Shown here one piece after another: positions 11,279 to 22,000 of a DNA stretch of 64,000 bases; the first letter of the stretch is position 1, and each line of letters starts with the position of its first letter. Below the pieces are notes generated by a model. It did no database searches and was not told the origin of the DNA. It saw only the letters and a list, made by a program, of their open reading frames with translations. Position numbers and translations under genes: made by a program. Source of the stretch: Pseudomonadota bacterium (lineage in GTDB: Bacteria; Myxococcota; JACRCW01; JAFGSX01); assembly GCA_043821645.1 (NCBI GenBank), contig JBDRCO010000063.1, forward strand, positions 1 to 64,000. Direction: 5' to 3'.

Positions 11279-13177
11279 TTACTTGGTCTTGGGCTTGGCC
11301 TTGGGAGCCGGCGGGTTCTTGGCCAGCAGGGCCTCGATCTCGTCCATGGTGTGGTTCATCGCACGCATGGTCGCCTCGAAGGGCGCCTCGGTGGTCAGGT
11401 CGACGCCCGCGCTCTTGAGGATGTCGATGGGGTAGCGCGAAGAGCCGGCCTTGAGGAAGCCGAGATAGGCCTCGACCTTGTCCTTGTCGCCGCTGAGCAC
11501 GCGCTCGGCCAGGGCCGTGGCCGCGACGATGCCCGTGGCGTACTGGAACACGTAGAAGTTGTAATAGAAGTGCGGGATGTAGGCCCACTCGTAGTGGTAT
11601 GCCGGGTCGATCTCGCATACACCCTTGTCATGGCCGTGGTAGGCCTGGAGCAGCTCGCCGTACATCTGTGCCAGCTTCTCGCCCGTGAGCGCCTCGCCCT
11701 TTTCGGCGGTCTCGTGGATGGCCAGCTCGAACTCGGCGAACATGGTCTGCCGGAACAGCGTGGTACGCAGGCCCTCGAGGTACTCGCCGAGCAGGTACAT
11801 GCGGACCTTGGGATCCTTCTCGCGCTCCAGCATGTAGTGGTTCAGCAGGGCCTCGTTGGTGGTCGACGCCACCTCGGCCACGAAGATGGGGTAGTCTGCT
11901 GTGGCATAGGGCTGGTACTTGTTGCTGAACCAGCTGTGCATGGTGTGACCCAGCTCGTGTGCCAGGGTCGACACGTCGTCGTAGCTGTCGTTGTAGTTGA
12001 GCAGGATGTAGGGGTGGACGTCGAAGGCCGCTCCGTTGGAGTAGGCACCGCTCTTCTTGCCCGGGGTGGGTCGAACGTCGATCCAGCGACTCTCGAGCCC
12101 CTTGGCCATGGCATCGACATACTCGGTCCCCATGGGCTTGAGAGCATCGATCACGATCTTCTTCCCCTCGTCATAGCTGTAGCGAAGGTCCACCGCCTGG
12201 ACCAGGGGCGGGTACAGGTCGTGGTATCCCAGCTTGGCGATCCCCAGCATCTTGGCCCGCAGCTTGAGGTAGCGGTGCAGGGTGGGCAGGTTCTTGCGCA
12301 CGCTGACGATGAGGTTCTTGTACACGTCGACGGGCACATTGTTCTGGTCGAGGGACGCAGCCAGCGACGACGGGTAGTGGCGCGCCCGGGCAAAGAACAT
12401 GTCGCGCTTGACGTTGGCATCCAGGGACACGCCGTAGGTGCGGCCGTAGTCCTTGTAGGTCTGCCAGAAGGTCTTGAACACCTTGATGCGGTCGGCGCGG
12501 TTGTCACTCGAACGGTACTTGGTATAGGCGGCATTGGTCAGCTCGACTTCCTCGCCCGAGGATAGCTTGACCTTGGGGTACTTGATGTCGGCGTTGGAGA
12601 GGATGGTGTAGATGCTCTCGGCACTCCCCGCGATCAGGCCCGCATCCGCCAAGATCTTCTCCTCGGCGGGAGACAGCGTGTAAGGCGCCTTGCGCAGGAT
12701 GTCGTCGAGGATGGGCTGGTAGATCGCGAGCCCCTTGTCCTGCTTGACGAAGGCCTTCACCTTCTTGGTGCCCAGCTTGAGCACCGCGGGCTTGAGCCAG
12801 GCCGTGGCGGCCTGGTGGTCGGTGTAGACCACCTCCATCTCCTGCTTGAGTGCCAGGGAGGGGGCATCGCGGGTGTCGGTGTCTGACTTCTGAAAGGCGT
12901 AGGTCATCAGCCGATCCAGATCTTTCTCGACCGACGTGATCTCGTCGAAGGTCTTGCGAAAACTGGCAGCGCTCTTGCCGAAGCCCTTTTCGAGGTCTTT
13001 GAGCTTGGCGACCCTCGCCACCGCGGCCACCTTGGCCTTCTGGAAAGCCGCATCGTCCGCGTACAGATCCGAGAGGTTCCAGGTTTCCATCGCCGGAACC
13101 TTGTCCCGGGTCAGTTCCTTGGCCGAGGATGACGCGGCCAGCAAGACGACGACGCTCATCGCGATCCTTCTCCTCAT
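11279..13177 (-). CDS. pepF: Oligoendopeptidase F (peptidase M3B) with signal peptide
   Basis: TWNLSDLY, GKKSGAYS, HPYILLNY, TLAHELGH (HExxH), IFVAEVAST, EWAYIPHFYYNFYVFQYATG. Confidence 0.93.
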   Translation of the reverse strand: MRRRIAMSVVVLLAASSSAKELTRDKVPAMETWNLSDLYADDAAFQKAKVAAVARVAKLKDLEKGFGKSAASFRKTFDEITSVEKDLDRLMTYAFQKSDTDTRDAPSLALKQEMEVVYTDHQAATAWLKPAVLKLGTKKVKAFVKQDKGLAIYQPILDDILRKAPYTLSPAEEKILADAGLIAGSAESIYTILSNADIKYPKVKLSSGEEVELTNAAYTKYRSSDNRADRIKVFKTFWQTYKDYGRTYGVSLDANVKRDMFFARARHYPSSLAASLDQNNVPVDVYKNLIVSVRKNLPTLHRYLKLRAKMLGIAKLGYHDLYPPLVQAVDLRYSYDEGKKIVIDALKPMGTEYVDAMAKGLESRWIDVRPTPGKKSGAYSNGAAFDVHPYILLNYNDSYDDVSTLAHELGHTMHSWFSNKYQPYATADYPIFVAEVASTTNEALLNHYMLEREKDPKVRMYLLGEYLEGLRTTLFRQTMFAEFELAIHETAEKGEALTGEKLAQMYGELLQAYHGHDKGVCEIDPAYHYEWAYIPHFYYNFYVFQYATGIVAATALAERVLSGDKDKVEAYLGFLKAGSSRYPIDILKSAGVDLTTEAPFEATMRAMNHTMDEIEALLAKNPPAPKAKPKTK

Positions 13178-13339
13178 GGCAGCTCCTGCAGGCTAGGCAC
13201 AGCTCTTTGGCGAGCTGGGCCGGTCCAGTGGACGTTGGCTCCTTCTTGTAGCCGCGTTGGCCCATGCCATCAAGCCAGTTCTCGTCGAGGAACCCACGAG
13301 TCATGACAGCGCCTGCAGACTGTGCTGCGATCCCTGCTC

Positions 13340-14749
13340 ATGGCGTTGCCCTCCCCCACCGAACTCGAGCAGGCTCCACGCTGCATCTCCGCGACCCAGG
13401 CCGCGGCCATCGTGGCCGGCAACATGATCGGGGTCGGAATCTTCTTGCTGCCAGCGCAGGTCGCGAGCCACGCGCCCACCACTGGATCGTTCCTGCTGGT
13501 GTGGGCCCTGGGTGGCGCCTGGGCGCTGTGTGGTGCCCTGTGTCTGGGCGAGCTGGGTGCGATGTTACCGCGGGCCGGCGGTGACTATGCCTTCCTGCGC
13601 GAGGCCTACGGCCGCGATCTCGCCTGCACCTACGGCTGGCTGTCGCTGCTCATCACCTTTCCGGGATCCCTTGCAGTGATGGCCTCCCTCACCATGCAGT
13701 ACCAGGCCCCGACCCTGTTCGGGGACTGGATGTCGACCCAGCTGCTGCAGCCTGGCGACGGAAGCTGGAGCGTGCGCGCCTCGCAAGGTGTCGCCGTGCT
13801 GGTCCTGGCCCTGCTTACCGCGCTCAATCACCGCACCACCCGCGGCAGCGCCTGGAGCCAGGTTGCGGTCACGGCCGTCCCCCTGGCCATGCTGCTGGTC
13901 GGCGCCGCAGGGCTGGTGACACTGTCACGAGCGTCCGCACCGGTGCCTGTCGAAGTCACCGGCCAGCCAGGGCTCGGCGCCCTGGGTCTGGCGATGCTGC
14001 CTGTGTACTTCGCCTACGCGGGCTGGAACGCAGCGGCCTACGTCGGGGGTGAGATCAAGCATCCTGCGCGCAACCTCCCCCGCGCGCTGCTGCTCGGAAC
14101 TGGTGCAGTCACCGCTCTGTACCTGCTGGTCTGCCTGGCCTACACCCGTGTGGTGCCGGTGCAGGACATGCCCGGTACCTTCAGCGTGGGTGCCGCCGCA
14201 GCCCATGCCTTGCTCGGCGAGACGGGGGGATTTGCCGTCGATGCCCTGATCGTGATCGCCGTGCTCGGGAGCCTGAACGCCACGATCCTGACCGGTTCCC
14301 GTGTGGTCTACGCCCTTTCCGTCGACGGTTTGTTCCCGCGCTGGGCCGCGAACCTGCACCCGCGGTGGCGCACGCCTGCGCGCAGCTTGTGGATACAGTG
14401 CGCCCTGGCCTCGGCATTCATCCTCTACGGCGACGTCGAACCTGTCCTCGACGTGACAGTGAGCGCGATGGTGCTGATGTCCATGTTGACAGTGGGTGCG
14501 CTGCCTGTCCTGCGAGTCCGGCGCCCCGACACGCCTCGCCTCTTCCGTGTGCCCCTCTACCCGCTGCTGCCCGCAGCGTACATCGTCATCGGTGGCGTCG
14601 TGCTGTGGGCCTCGATGTTACACTCGCCATGGCGAGGCGGGATGGGCCTGGGCCTGGCTGGGCTGATCTGGCTCGCCCGCCATGTGTATGCACGTCAGCG
14701 GGTTCCGCGCGACGCCACGCCGGCCGGGCCAACCTCAAGAACGTTCTGA
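13340..14749 (+). CDS. APC-family amino acid permease
   Basis: GNMIGVGIF, ELGAMLPRAGGDYAFLREAYG, FAYAGWN, EIKHPARNLPRA; about 12 TM segments. Confidence 0.9.
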   Translation: MALPSPTELEQAPRCISATQAAAIVAGNMIGVGIFLLPAQVASHAPTTGSFLLVWALGGAWALCGALCLGELGAMLPRAGGDYAFLREAYGRDLACTYGWLSLLITFPGSLAVMASLTMQYQAPTLFGDWMSTQLLQPGDGSWSVRASQGVAVLVLALLTALNHRTTRGSAWSQVAVTAVPLAMLLVGAAGLVTLSRASAPVPVEVTGQPGLGALGLAMLPVYFAYAGWNAAAYVGGEIKHPARNLPRALLLGTGAVTALYLLVCLAYTRVVPVQDMPGTFSVGAAAAHALLGETGGFAVDALIVIAVLGSLNATILTGSRVVYALSVDGLFPRWAANLHPRWRTPARSLWIQCALASAFILYGDVEPVLDVTVSAMVLMSMLTVGALPVLRVRRPDTPRLFRVPLYPLLPAAYIVIGGVVLWASMLHSPWRGGMGLGLAGLIWLARHVYARQRVPRDATPAGPTSRTF

Positions 14750-15049
14750 CAAGTCATGGGATCGGCAGCCCAGTTTAGTAGCTCGAGCTGAGAGTGGCAG
14801 CGGCGTGAGCAGCAGCCAGAAGCCCAAGATTCAAGCATCCCTGACGCGCTCGACAGGTGCTGCGCCGATCGGTCGGCCGACACCGATCAGCGCACGGCAA
14901 CGACGGAACCTCGCCGGGCAGTTTCACTTCGCCTTGGTGGGAGGGCAATCTCATCTGGCGCGCCATCGGCTCGATCTGGCGCTGAGGACCCTTGCGGCAG
15001 CACGCAGCGTCGGGAGTATCGAAAAAAGCCAGAGCCCTGGCAAAACCCT

Positions 15050-15077
15050 TTGACAGCTCAAGACGGCAGAGTACGAT
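15050..15077 (+). promoter_or_regulatory. Putative sigma70 promoter upstream of the DUF507 gene
   Basis: TTGACA-16nt-TACGAT. Confidence 0.5.
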
Positions 15078-15213
15078 GCCCCCCGTTCGGTGGTCCGAAA
15101 GCATGATGCTTATGGACCCAATGGGCAGACCCAGCGTCCCTACCACACCCTGACCAGGCACACCGCCCCGGGAAGGTGGGGCGGAGCACGGGCAACATTC
15201 GCGAGGTGCAGAG

Positions 15214-15732
15214 ATGCGCTTGTACCGTCGAGTCATCCCCAAGATCGCGCGCGAGATCGTGCGCTCGCTCAATTCCCGCGGCGACATCGAGGTGGACGAA
15301 TCGATGCTGGACGAGGCGGAGCTGGACCTGGCCGCCGTCATGGTCGAGTACTGCAACCAGGACGACAAGCTGGCCCAGGACGCGCGCGAGGCCATCGCAC
15401 GTCGCGGCCTAAACCCGGAGCGTTTCGGTCAGGTCAAGAAGGGCCTGGCAGATGCCAAGGGCCTCAAGACCGGCGACGACGGCGTCGAGCGTCTCATCGA
15501 GCAGATGATCGAGGCGCTCTTTGCCAGCAAGAACGTCGAGGAAATTTTCGCCGAGGATCACGACATCCGGAAATTCGTCAACGAGGTGCTCAAGAAGTAC
15601 CTCGACATCGACGAGGACCTCGACAAGGAAGCGCGCGGCCGCCTCAAGAACCTGCGCGAGGGCACCCAGGAATGGGACATCGAGTACGAGCGCACGGTCA
15701 ACCAGATCAAGCGCCAGCGCGGCATGATCTGA
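15214..15732 (+). CDS. DUF507-family protein
   Basis: MRLYRRVIPKIAREIV...DIEV...VEEIFAED...DKEARGRLKNLREGTQEWDIEY pattern; GAGG RBS. Confidence 0.75.
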   Translation: MRLYRRVIPKIAREIVRSLNSRGDIEVDESMLDEAELDLAAVMVEYCNQDDKLAQDAREAIARRGLNPERFGQVKKGLADAKGLKTGDDGVERLIEQMIEALFASKNVEEIFAEDHDIRKFVNEVLKKYLDIDEDLDKEARGRLKNLREGTQEWDIEYERTVNQIKRQRGMI

Positions 15733-15771
15733 TCCTTCCCCTCTGGCCCGGCACAGCCTCCACGACACGAA

Positions 15772-18700
15772 TCAGAATGTCCCGATGCTCAGGTGGAGCG
15801 TGGTGCGCCCTTCGAGGCCCAGCAGCCCCGAGGACACCCCCAGGGACTCGCGAAGAGCGACAGTGGGGTCTTTCAGGGCCACACCGATGTCCACAGCAAT
15901 GGGACCCACGGGCGTGTTCCAGCGCAGGCCTGCGCCGCCACCAGCGCTGAACTGGGCCAGATCGAGATCCGAGGCATCCTCCACCAGTTCGCCCGCATCG
16001 ATGAACAGCCCGAGATCCAGGTCCCGGGACAGCGGTGTGCGCAGCTCGGCGCGGAAATTCCAGAAGAAGCGGCCTCCACTGGACGAGCCATCGGTGAGGT
16101 GCAACGCACGCTCGTCGGTGTAGGTCCCCGCATCGAGCTTGCGGCGGATGCGCGCCACTTCGTCGGCAGGAAGCACGCGATCCTCGTCGAAGCCACGCAC
16201 GCTGCCGGTGCCACCCAGGAAGAACTTCTTGTACAGCGGCACGTGCTCGGTGTCGGACATGCCGAAGATGTTGCCCACGCGCGCCTGCAGCGCCAGGGTC
16301 AGGTTCGTGGTGAGCGGGAGGTATCCCGAGGCGCTCGAGGCTGCCTTGATGAAGTTCGACGACACCGGCGTGGTGACACGGCCGGGGCCGGTGCCTGTCT
16401 CGCCATAGAGCACGCCGCCCCCCAGCGCCAGGTCCGCGACGGCAGCCAGGTGGAAACCGCTGTGGGGTTTAAAGGGATTGTCCCTCAGGTCGAGCACCGC
16501 CTCCTGCCGGAAGGTGAGCTGCCCCAGCTGACCCGTGTCCTGGCGGCGAGTCAGACCACCCTCGTCGCGTCCGCAGGTTCGATAGCGTCCCGCCACCTCG
16601 GCGTAGCACAGGAAGTCCGTACCCTCGAGCTCGACGGCGCTTCCCAGCGAGAGCGGACGCCAGGGTCTGAGGTCGGCACCCACGAGCACGCCGATCTTGT
16701 TGAGGGTGAAGGAGCTGCGGTTCTCGCGCAGTGCCACCAGCGAGCTGTGCCCGCTGGTGTCGATAGGGAGACCAAAGATCTTGGGGTACTCGACCGTGAC
16801 CAGACCCTGGCCCTCGGTGAAAAGGAGCTCTCGAAGCCTGGGATCCAGCCCCGGGTACTCGAGATCGAAGCGCTGCTCGAGCCGTCGACGGACAGACTGA
16901 TCGGAGATGGTGCCGTAGAACAGGCGCGGGTAATTGAGCTTGAGACGGCTGCGCGCCCCCAGACCAAGTCCCAGCACGTTCCGGTGTTCCACCATCACGC
17001 TGCCGCGTGGTCCATCCTCGACGCTCGCGCCGACGTTGGCCTCGAAGACCCTCGGCATGCGCTCCCGCACATCGATGCGCAGGTCCTTGATGGGATCGGG
17101 TTGCTCGGGCTCGACCAGTCCGAGATCGACGGAGGTAAAAAGCCCCAGACCGAGCAGCCGCTGGCGGCTCTCCTCGAGCGCGGTTGCGTTGTAGTCCGCA
17201 CCCTCCTTGAGCAACATGCGATCGAGGATCACGGCCGCTGCGGTGCGGTCATTGCCTTGCACCAGGACCCGGCCGATCTGGACCGCCGGTCCCTCGTCGA
17301 TGGCAAAGGTCACATCTGCGGCCTGGCGGTCCTCGCTGTAACGGATCTCGTCGAAGACTCGGGCGAAGGCATGTCCGCTATCTGCATAGCGCCCGAGCAG
17401 GATCAGTCTGGCCTGTTCCACCAGTGCCAGATCCAGCGGGGCGCCTGGAGATAGCAGCGCAGACTCGAGGAGGTCGAACGCCGCGATGGCCTCGTTACCG
17501 GTGATGCGAACCGATCGCAGGATGGTCTGCACGCCCTCCTCGACCCGATACACCGCCACCACTTCCCGGGAGTCGTTGCGCCACACAGGCCGGGGCCCCC
17601 GGATTCGTGCCTGCAGGTAGCCCCGGGTCGTGTACAGGTCGCGCAGGGTCGCCGCCGCCTCGCGGTAGGATTCCTCGTCGTAGACCCGCTCCGGATCGAC
17701 CACCTGATTCCAGGTCATGGGGACCTCGAGCCCGCGGTTCGGACTGGGGTGCCCGGGTGGAACGCTGAGCAGAGCCCGCAGGTCTCCGGGATCCACATCC
17801 CCGAAGGCCGAGGCGGATTCCGCCGCCAGGGCCACGGTGCTGCGGGCGAGGTCCGCCAGTTCACGCTCGGGGATTCCCACAGCGCCACGGACCTCGATGT
17901 CCCTCAGGTCCGCGCGAGAACCCTCGTCGACCACGAAGCGAAGGATGCGCCGATCCGACGCTCTGTCCGAGCCGATCCCGGCATGAACACTGGCACTGGC
18001 AAAACCCGCCCGGCGGTACTCCGCGACCACGAGTTGCGACAGACGCGCCAGGCTCTCGTCGTCGATGTCCTCGTCCGGGTAGAGCACGATCTGCCGTCGC
18101 AACACCGCGGGACTCACCGCATGCACACCCTCGAAGGCAAGACGGTAGCGCGGTCCGCGCTTGTAGCGCAGCCCCAGGGTGACCAGGGCATCGTCCTCCT
18201 GGCGGATTTCGATCGCCCCAGCACGGGCCTCAAGGTAGCCGCGCTCGCGGTCCCGCTTCTGCAACGCCTTGAGAGCGTCCTCGACGGTCCTGGCATCGAA
18301 GACATCGCCTGCGCGGAGATCGATCCAGGTTCGAAGATCGCGGCGCGCTGCGCTGCTGTCCGCGTCCAGGCGCAGCGCCCGGATGAGCGTCGGAGGGCCC
18401 TCGTGGACCTCGATGCGGACCCGCACCGCACCACCTCCCTCTGCCGGGTCCGTGGTGATCCCAACCACCGCCGACGGGTGGCCGCGCTCGTGGTAGAGCC
18501 TGCGGATACGCAGCGCCCGGTCTTCGAGGTCCACGCCGTCCAGCCACTCCCCCGGCCGCAAGCCCAGGGTCGCGCGCACCTCATCATCACTGACGCGCTG
18601 TGCCCCAACCACATCGACAGCATCGACCCGGCGCGCGGGGATCACGACCACGCGCAGGTGCACACCATCCGGACCAGGGGTGCCGTAGATCTGCACATCC

Positions 18701-18948
18701 GACACGTCTCCGAGCAGCATCACACGCTTGACGCTGCGCCGCAGACTCCTCCGGTCGAGCGGTTCGCCCACGCGCACTTCGAGGGCCGCACGCAGTTCCT
18801 GGGGGTCGTAGTTATCTGGAGCCTCGACCTGAACCGAACGCACCGGCACGTCGAACAGCGATGGCTCCGATGTCGCCGTGCCGACATCGTCGGCGCGGAT
18901 CCACGAAGGCGCGCTGACAAGCGCGAGCAGGAGCACGAAGAATCGCAC
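15772..18948 (-). CDS. tamA: Omp85-family outer-membrane protein (TamA/BamA-like) with multiple POTRA domains
   Basis: Repeated POTRA-like segments (...EGP..., GN.R/AI), barrel motif FFLGGTGSVRGF, GAGLRWNTPVGPI, C-terminal LSIGTF. GTG start is approximate. Confidence 0.8.
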   Translation of the reverse strand: MRFFVLLLALVSAPSWIRADDVGTATSEPSLFDVPVRSVQVEAPDNYDPQELRAALEVRVGEPLDRRSLRRSVKRVMLLGDVSDVQIYGTPGPDGVHLRVVVIPARRVDAVDVVGAQRVSDDEVRATLGLRPGEWLDGVDLEDRALRIRRLYHERGHPSAVVGITTDPAEGGGAVRVRIEVHEGPPTLIRALRLDADSSAARRDLRTWIDLRAGDVFDARTVEDALKALQKRDRERGYLEARAGAIEIRQEDDALVTLGLRYKRGPRYRLAFEGVHAVSPAVLRRQIVLYPDEDIDDESLARLSQLVVAEYRRAGFASASVHAGIGSDRASDRRILRFVVDEGSRADLRDIEVRGAVGIPERELADLARSTVALAAESASAFGDVDPGDLRALLSVPPGHPSPNRGLEVPMTWNQVVDPERVYDEESYREAAATLRDLYTTRGYLQARIRGPRPVWRNDSREVVAVYRVEEGVQTILRSVRITGNEAIAAFDLLESALLSPGAPLDLALVEQARLILLGRYADSGHAFARVFDEIRYSEDRQAADVTFAIDEGPAVQIGRVLVQGNDRTAAAVILDRMLLKEGADYNATALEESRQRLLGLGLFTSVDLGLVEPEQPDPIKDLRIDVRERMPRVFEANVGASVEDGPRGSVMVEHRNVLGLGLGARSRLKLNYPRLFYGTISDQSVRRRLEQRFDLEYPGLDPRLRELLFTEGQGLVTVEYPKIFGLPIDTSGHSSLVALRENRSSFTLNKIGVLVGADLRPWRPLSLGSAVELEGTDFLCYAEVAGRYRTCGRDEGGLTRRQDTGQLGQLTFRQEAVLDLRDNPFKPHSGFHLAAVADLALGGGVLYGETGTGPGRVTTPVSSNFIKAASSASGYLPLTTNLTLALQARVGNIFGMSDTEHVPLYKKFFLGGTGSVRGFDEDRVLPADEVARIRRKLDAGTYTDERALHLTDGSSSGGRFFWNFRAELRTPLSRDLDLGLFIDAGELVEDASDLDLAQFSAGGGAGLRWNTPVGPIAVDIGVALKDPTVALRESLGVSSGLLGLEGRTTLHLSIGTF

Positions 18949-19006
18949 ACCCCATGCTACGACAGCTCTCCACCATCCGGGAAACAACTCGACAGCGCAC
19001 AGGAGG

Positions 19007-22000
19007 TTAAAACTCGAGCCGATAGTTGAGATCCACCCCGGGGTCGCCGATGTTGCGCTCGGCATCGTTGTCGAGCACACCGCGCACGCTGGTGCTGTCG
19101 TTCAGGCGAATATCCAGCTCGACGCGCTGATCGCTCCGACCCCCGGCAGCCCCCAGCAGCGACGACTGTAGCCGCAGGTGCGCGCCCTCGACGTAAGGTA
19201 CCTGGAGCCGAAGACCCTCGAGCAGCTCTATTCCCACCACCACCGAGGGCACCGTGGTGCCTTGGCTCTCGGAGAAGATCGAGGACAGCCGGACCTCGTG
19301 GACGGGCAGTGGCAGCACCCGCTGGACCTCGCGGTCGAGTCCCGAGTAGGCACTGAGCACCTCGAGGGCCGCGGTGCCGGTCGTCGTTCGCACGTCGCGC
19401 AAATCCTCGCGGGTGAACCCCAGGGTGATGAGGGACAGGATATCGATCTCGGCCAGCTCCGGTGAGCTCTGGAGCTGGATGCGCAGGTCCTCGAGCGGTC
19501 CCTGCATGAGCACGTCGATGTCGTAGGGTCTGGGCTGGCGCGTTCGGGTGTGGGCAACGACGTCGAGGATGGGGGCGATGCGGTAGGCATCCACCAGGTC
19601 GATGGTGGTCTGCTCGAGTTCGTACCGGTTGCCCCGGAACTGGGCGGTGCCGCGCAACAGGTTGAGCGTCCCTCGCATGCCCGGCCGCTCGTCGGTCCCG
19701 GTGATCCGGACCTCACCCTTGAGCTCGGTGTCGAGGACGTTGTTGCGCACGATGATGTTGTCATCGGCCCGGAGGAGCACATCCAGGTTGACCTGCTCGT
19801 CGGTGGGATTGAACGCCTGGGGCACCAGACGCCGCCGGCGAAACTCTGGCAGGATGCGCTCGACGTCCCAGTTCTCCGTGTAGCGCGCACTCAGAACCTC
19901 GACGTCACCCCGCAGGTAAAGCGCATCGAAGTTCCCGCTCAGCTCGAGCATTCCCTGCGATCGGGTCGTCACGCTCGCCGGGATGTGCAGTGTGAGCGGT
20001 GCCTGGATGCGTGCTTGCAGACGCAGATGCCGTGGTGTGAGCCCCTCGAAGCGGAGCTCGCCGTCGCCCTCGACGGGCGCATCGCCGACCCTGGCGGTCA
20101 CGCTGTCCACCAGCAGCGTATCCCGGGTCAAGGAGAGGCGCCCCTGCAGCTCCTCGATGGGGTGCTCGAACTTGGCGATGACCAGGCGACCACCCTGGAT
20201 GCGCCCCTGCCCCAGCAGGACGGGATCCGTGTAGGCACCGCTGATCCCCACAGCCAGGTTCAATCGCCCCTCGGCCTCGATGACGCGATCGGTGAAGGCA
20301 GAGACAAGCTCCAGGCCAAGATCGCTGTCGATCTCGACCGAGAGCTGGCGGCGACCGATGCGTCCGCGCAGCTCGATACGGTCGAGCTCACCGTGGCGCA
20401 GCACCATTCGATTCACATCGAACTCGGCACCGGCAAAGCTTGCCTCGATCGGTCCTGACGCCGCGAACTCGACCCCCCGCACGCCCAGCTCGGCATCTTC
20501 CAGTCGCAAGGTCCCCGTGCTCTGGCTCAGTTCCTTGAGGTACCCGCTCGATGTGGCCTGGATGCGGGCGCTCAGGGTGAGATCCTCGGGCACGACCTGG
20601 TCGGGAAGCAGAGGCAGCAGATCGCCCCCGACCCGGGTCAAAGAAGCGCGATAGGCAAAGGGTGAGGCGATGGTGATGTGGCCATCAAAGGTCCCGTCAC
20701 CCGAGAAGGTCGTGCCATTGAGATCCAGCTCGATGTCATCGAGGCCGAGCTTCAGTTGGCCCTCCCCCAGCTCGGTCGGTCCCACGATCAGGTCGCGCAG
20801 CTGGAGCTGGCCTGTCGCCACCATGCGCGTGACCACACCTCCGATGCTCAGGTCCACATCACCCTCGCCGCGTACCGGGGCGGTCTCGTTGTCGAGCACC
20901 TCCATGCGGTCCAGGGGCACCGCCCGGGCCTGCACCGTGGCCGCGATGGCGCCGTCTTCGCGGGCAATGGTCCCCTGCATGGCGAGGGTCCCGGAGCCCT
21001 TGTTGAGTACGAGCTCGTCGACGAACAAGCTCTTCAGGGATAGCCGGCCCCGGCCGACGCCTCGCTCGAAGCTCTGCCCGTACAGGGCGCTGTCAGCAAA
21101 GATGAGATCAGCACTGCCCGTGAGATCTGCCGTGGTGCCACCACGGATATCGCCGCGCGCCACGCCCAGGCCGCTCAGCCTCCCGGTCAGGGGCAGGTCG
21201 CGCAGGAAGGACATGACTCCACCCACGTCGTCGCGAGGGATGATCTGCTGCAGGTCCTCGACGCGCGTGCCGTCGACCGCAGCCTCCACACTCAGGTCAA
21301 CCCCGTCATTGAAATCCAGCACCACGGTCGCGCGGTAGTCGCTCTGGTTCTTGTGCGCCTGCATCTGCAGGAAGGACAGGACCAGGCCACGATAGTGGAT
21401 GCGTCCCTGGGCGCGGCCAAAGTTGTAGCGCTCGATGGTGAAGTTCTCGAGATCCGCCTGCGCGGTGATCTCGGGGTCCGGGTAGGGCCCGCGCAGCGAT
21501 CCCGCGATCGCACCCACGCCTCCGAAGTCGACGCCGACGATGGGGGATACACTCGACAGGTCGCTGGCCTCGGAGGTGAAGTCCACCTCGAGACCACGCT
21601 GCACGTCGAAGTTCAGGGTGGCGCTCCCATGTAATTCGGTCCGGTCATCCTTGAGCGTGGCGTCCATGAACTGGAACCGGTCCGCGTCGAAGGCCAGTGC
21701 CGTGGTCATCTGCACCGGCTGCAGTCGCAGCACCGCGTCGTCATCGGCGGCCTCGAGATAGGCACGGTCATTGACCTCGAAATCGCGAATCCAGCCCTGA
21801 CCGGTGCCCTTGAAGGCCATGCGCGGCAAGAACTGTCCCCAGGCTTCCGCCTCACCATCGACGAAGAAGTTGACCCAGCTCCCGACCAGGCTCATGTCTG
21901 CGATCACCTCGCCAAAGCACAGATCGCGCCCCCGGACCCGCACCCGGGCCGACAGGTTGCGATCGAGCTGCAACTGGGCACTCCCCTGGACGACGGAACC

